DNA from: Macrostomum lignano | Lineage: Eukaryota | Assembly (NCBI GenBank): GCA_002269645.1 | Contig: NIVC01001641.1 | Location: forward strand, 138,394-202,393 | Reading direction: 5' to 3' | DNA: 64,000 bases | Shown here: positions 59,901 to 64,000 of the stretch, piece by piece | Numbering within the stretch: the stretch's first letter is position 1 | Layout: every line of letters starts with the position of its first letter | The notes under the pieces: model-generated | Database searches by the model: none | Told to the model about the DNA's origin: nothing | What the model saw: the letters and a program-made list of their open reading frames with translations, nothing else | Translations under genes and position numbers: made by a program

Positions 59901-62900
59901 CGTGGACATGATCATCAAGGCTGAGCGGCATCGCGAGAAAGTTCAACGGGTTCTAAAAAATGTCAGTAAATCATTGCAGCTTAGTTTTCCCATTAATTTG
60001 CTGCCTCTCCAACGGGAACCAAAGCAGAAGGACGCTGTCACGAGATAGAAGAGATTGATACAACAGAAATTTTGCCCCGGAACTTTGCTTGCTTGCTTGC
60101 AAGTCTCCAGTAGCATTTCATGGAAAATTAGCTTGATAAACTTGCGATTCAACCTCAGAAAAAAGAAATACTTGTTTATTAATGTTAAAATGGAGTTGCT
60201 AAGATTTGAAAGCTCAAGGGAAAATTCTCGAGTGGAAAAAAGTCAAGGGAGTTTAAGTGCAACCGATGTCAACTTTTGTCCAAAGTGTTCCCCAAATGTC
60301 CGTAAGTTATAAAAACCAACAGAGCAAAATAACAGGCCAGTACACTTGTCGCGTACAGCCAGCCTTTAAATATTTCCCAAGAAACAAGGAGCTCCATCCT
60401 TCTAAAGTTGGTCCTTGCTCATTGTTAGAATCGCACGCAACCTCAAGCTGCTACTCTTCTGCACCAACCAGGAGCCAAATCAGTGGGATTCGGCAGCACA
60501 GGCCGATCAACTGGACGCTGCTGCCGCTTTCACTCCTGACGGCTACGAGAACCGCAGCAACATCAACGAGTCTGAGAACATCGACGACGAGCTTACGGAG
60601 AGCTTCATCTTGGAGAACGGCACCGCTCCGGCCTACCGCCTGCGCGAGTTCAACCAGCCGTACGCCGATGAGTTCAAGTTGTTCCTCTGGAAGCTGGCCT
60701 TCGATCACCTGCGCTACGGAGAGTGGAAGAAGCTGGCGCTGTTCTGGCGCTTCCGGCTTGACCACATCACTGCCATTGAGCAGCAGTACTCAGGTGCGGA
60801 TTCTGATCAAAAGGAATGTAGTAGAAGCAGAGCTTATTTTGGTTGTAAAGACAATTTATAAACACAGTCTACCGTTAATTCGAGCAATGCAAAGTGAAGT
60901 ACAAATGCTTCTCCGGCTGCGCTATCACAGTTGAATGGGCTTCTCAACGAACTAAGGATAACGAACAAGGCGTCCGGTCAGCGTCAGCAGATCCTGCCGG
61001 ACTCAGTGGGTGGTTGGGAGGGCGGGTACGTCTACGTCAGGCTTGGGCTTCCATGTTTAAGTGAAGAAAATATCGGACTCAAAGTCAGGCCACCCCGGTA
61101 GTTAGGGATTACAGGGTAAGTGGCTAGGCTGGGCACTCGAATAAACGAAAAACTGAGAGAAGAAGAAACATTCCTCTCTCACGGAAACAAGGGTGAGAGA
61201 GCCCGTACTTATATAGGCTGGGAATCCCCAATTGCGACAGTTTGCGCAAGACCGCATGACTCAGTATCTATTTTTAGAAACTGACGTCATCTCCCGCCTT
61301 AGAGAAGGCGGGGTCCCGGGGCACGTGATTCCCCGTAAACAAGTGCCAAACAGTGCAGTAAACATATTTACTGCCCTTTTGGACTTCAAGACAACAAGGC
61401 TTGTGATGGGACTAGCTCACGTGACAAGGGCAAAACAGGCTACGACCCGTGACCTCTGAAATGGAGCGAAGGAAGAGCAGACCACAGCAGAGAAGCCCGT
61501 GGCTGCAAACGATAGTGTTGAGCAAGGGAAGGGAGGCGGTAACAGGCAGATCAAAAGAGGAGAGGGAAGCTGCCCAGCGGCAGACAGCAACCCAGGGCGA
61601 GGGCAAGGGAAACTGCTGACAATATTGGAACGCCTAACAGCTAAGAGCTAAACTAGCGGCTTACTACAAAAGAAAAGTGTTGTTATTTTTCTTTATGAAC
61701 GCTCAACGCTTCTGACATACATGTAGCTCACAATTCTCTCGAAACCATGACGTGCATTACACGAACGCAATGGTTGTGTAGCGTTTAGACAGACCAAGAT
61801 TGTTGAGAGTTGGCACATCAGTTAATCGAGCGCGTTCTTGTCCAGAGTGCGGTTCAACCCTGCTGCAAATTTCTGTGATGTCTCTGATCAACCTCAACAA
61901 TGAGCAAACGTCAACTGCTGGACATCCTCATGTAGTCTCTCATGCATTCTGTCAACAACCCGACGCTGTGGGCACCTTTAACAGATGGCCCCAGGTAACT
62001 TATGGAGTAGCCAAAAGATGTCCATCAGCTGAGGTTTGCCCACTGTCGAGGCTTGATCAGCGAAACTAGAGAAATTTGCAAAAATGTGTCCATATAGTCA
62101 CCTGGTGCCACCTGCTGAAGGTCCAGAAGCTCCGTCCAGGTGAAGGCCAATGAACAACAAAGTCAGAGTTGATGCAGGCAACGTGTGGTCGACGTGCTGA
62201 TAAAATTTTGAGGCTAATTGTCTGCACTGAGGCGCAGTGCTAATTGGCGCACGGGGTGTACACTGGCGCTTATGAGAAAAATTCGACCTTCTGGCAGAAT
62301 CCTTGAAAACTCTAAAAACTTTGTTTATGGTACGAAGTTCACAGATCACGAGACAGAATGGTCATGGATATTTCAACTGTCAAGTATATTCTGGACATTG
62401 GTGCCTGGAAGTTTCTTCCATTAATATCAACAATATTAAACATAACCTTTGGCAAGACATCATTGTAGAATTTTGAGGGCTCTAAAAGGTAATGAATGTT
62501 AACTTCGAGAGTGGCCACCCATTTAGTGCTTTCGCAGTACAAATACAACCAAACAATCAAAGAGATACATGATACAGGCAAATGAGATTTAGTGCCGTGA
62601 TATTTAGTCCGTAGCAGCAGATGCTGTAATACTTACGAATATACGGTCATTGTACTTGTACGCTCGTAGTTGTAGCAGTTGTCTTAAAAGTCTGATTTGT
62701 ACTAGTTATTTCCTCATTATGTAACTACTCTAAATCAACGAGTCAATTTGATTAATAAACACAATAAGCATGGTTCACAAAGTCCCTAATGACAGAAATT
62801 TCCCAAACTCACGCAGACGAGAAGAGCTACAAGCAGCACGGATACCGAGTCCTGTGCATTTGGTTCCACGGCATCGGCTGGGACACTCCGATCCGCGGCC

Positions 62901-63034
62901 TGTACGAAGCTCTGGTGCAAATCGACAGGCGGTCACTCGCCGAGCGGGTCAGAAAGAAGCTGGATCGCTCGGCTGAGTACTATTCTGCCGGCAGGAAAAT
63001 CCATCACGAAGGTCGAAGCTGCACTATTCAGTAG
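51000..63034 (+). CDS. ANKDD1: Ankyrin repeat and death domain-containing protein (ANKDD1A/B family), about 618 aa, exons 51000-51044 (tentative), 53027-53090, 54077-54381, 54532-54636, 54714-54812, 56214-56423, 57818-57997, 59049-59147, 59666-59764, 59851-59961, 60472-60793, 62817-63034
   Basis: About 10 ankyrin repeats (LHEAA, RTALHMAA, MSPLMWA, TPLHMAA; three 99-nt exons of one repeat each), the VDMIIKAER motif, and death domain LWKLAFDHLRYGEWKKLALFWRF..AIEQQY..SYKQHGYRVLCIWFHG. Phases are consistent. The N-terminal exon is uncertain; ATG 53033 is an alternative start. Confidence 0.88.
51069..51845. mobile_element. Non-autonomous hAT-superfamily DNA transposon (MITE), 777 bp
   Basis: TIRs CAGTGTTGGGCACC and (reverse complement) CACTGTTAGGCACC, 12/14 identical; perfect 8-bp TSD AAAATGAG at 51061-51068 and 51846-51853; dense subterminal TTAAC/CGTTA motifs; no ORF. 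Confidence 0.9.
53215..53830. repeat. Minisatellite, 20-bp unit TTCTGTCGTGTTGCAATGCT (ANKDD1 intron)
   Basis: Direct tandem repeats visible. Confidence 0.95.
54855..55925. repeat. Minisatellite, 20-bp unit TTCTGTTGTGTTGCAGTGGG
   Basis: About 50 near-identical copies. Confidence 0.97.
56440..57125. repeat. Minisatellite, 16-bp unit GGGAGTAGATAGTGA(A/G)
   Basis: Direct tandem repeats visible. Confidence 0.93.
57455..57570. repeat. Short array, 32-bp unit GATCTAGAACTCGCTGGTGCAATCTGTTGGTA
   Basis: About 3.5 copies. Confidence 0.85.
58030..58885. repeat. Minisatellite, 25-bp unit GACAGTGTAGCTGAGGTGATGCTTT
   Basis: About 33 almost invariant copies. Confidence 0.97.
59168..59630. repeat. Minisatellite, 23-bp unit CATGGCTACTCAATCCTCAGACC
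   Basis: About 20 copies. Confidence 0.95.
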
Positions 63035-63414
63035 ACTGTGACGTTCTTAAGCTACATGGGTTCAAATCAAAAACCTTAAAAAAAACCCTTTCAAGTTTTC
63101 ACTGTTCTGAGAAACCCAGTGTCCTGTCCTTATACTTGAGTCATAATTTTAACCTGCCTTGGGCGAATTCCAAAACCTACATTCGCACAGTTTTCATTAT
63201 ATTGTTTGAAGCGAATTGTCCTTAAAAAACAATACTTTTGTTGTAAGCTAATTCGGACTACTCTAAAATCGAAATTCATACACACACTTAAAGCTTTGAA
63301 GGTGCATGTCCGTGGTGGAGTGGATACAGAATATTGTATATTGTAAATATAATCCTTTCTGAGACGAAACGATTTATTCTTCAACATATTCTTCACAACA
63401 CATTCTTTACAGCT

Positions 63415-63737
63415 AGGGTTGCAGCCTAGTGGTTAAAGCGTCGGACTCAGACGACTTGAAGGTCGGGGGTTCGGTTCTAGACTCAATCGGAACAATTTGT
63501 GTCCTTGATCAAGAAACTTAACTCTGCATTGCTTCAGTTCACCCAGCTGTAAAATGGGTGCCAGCATTAGCTGGGGTAATTGAAGGTGTGTGGTGACCCC
63601 CCCAGTCCTTGGACTGAACAGCCGTACGCAGCCTTCAGATGCGCCGCGCAAATAGCTGCGGCTGAGCTGTCGTTGCACATCTGCCCATTAAGGCAGGTGC
63701 AATCAATTACTCGTATTATTATTATTATTATTATATT
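63415..63737 (+). mobile_element. tRNA-derived CORE-SINE
   Basis: A-box-like GCAGCCTAGTGGTTAA, B-box-like GGTTCGGTTC (63469-63478), MIR/CORE-like GTGTCCTTGATCAAGAAACTTAACTCT..CTTCAGTTCACCCAGCTGTAAAATGGG (about 63499-63558), (TAT)n tail 63714-63737. Confidence 0.75.
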
Positions 63738-64000
63738 ACTAAGCGAAACAGAGAATTTAAATAAATTAGAAAAAAATAATTTAGCATAATTTAAAAAAGG
63801 TAAGTTTCACCAACAGTTATTTTGAATAGAGTAACAAGACAAGGACAAGTTTAAGGCAAAATCCAGTGGATAAGAGTGCAGGTCTAACAGAAGACAGCTG
63901 TAATTTAGAGAAAGCAGACAACTGGAAGTAAGATATTGAGTTTCATTGTTCGAGCTTGAGTGTTTTCTCTCAGGCAATCCAACAGCAACTCTACGTGAGT

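Noticed and set aside
60920-61625. Solo LTR in the last ANKDD1 intron (ends TGACA, TATA-like CTTATATAGG)
   Set aside because: No matching TG start with a 4-6 bp TSD and no correctly oriented poly(A) signal. It may still be a TE relic and needs a repeat library search.
63415-63490. Functional tRNA gene
   Set aside because: No acceptor-stem pairing, a degenerate T-loop, and it continues into CORE and tail sequence, so it is a SINE head.

Overview
Eukaryotic (bilaterian animal) genomic DNA. GC-rich exons with poly-Q/poly-A tracts, separated by minisatellite-packed introns, resemble the flatworm Macrostomum; this is inference from style only and no database search was run. Four spliced genes could be reconstructed with consistent GT-AG phases: LARP1 (+, 5' end outside the window, to 9961), an RBM24/RBM38/sup-12 RRM gene (+, 13675-29398), an unnamed multi-C2H2 zinc-finger gene of at least 1659 aa (-, 48127-33680, start codon not found), and an ankyrin-repeat plus death-domain gene of the ANKDD1 family (+, about 51000-63034). 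About 40 mostly distinct tandem arrays (roughly 26 kb, about 40% of the window) fill 24 of the 27 introns longer than 200 nt plus the UTR and intergenic gaps. Almost all long ORFs in the supplied track are translations of these arrays. Mobile DNA comprises a hAT-type MITE with a perfect 8-bp TSD, a CORE-SINE and a second tRNA-derived SINE-like element. Most notable: a 4x repeated extended zinc-finger module I do not recognise, intron-private minisatellites, inverted related arrays flanking single exons, and two divergent genes that both begin at a splice acceptor.
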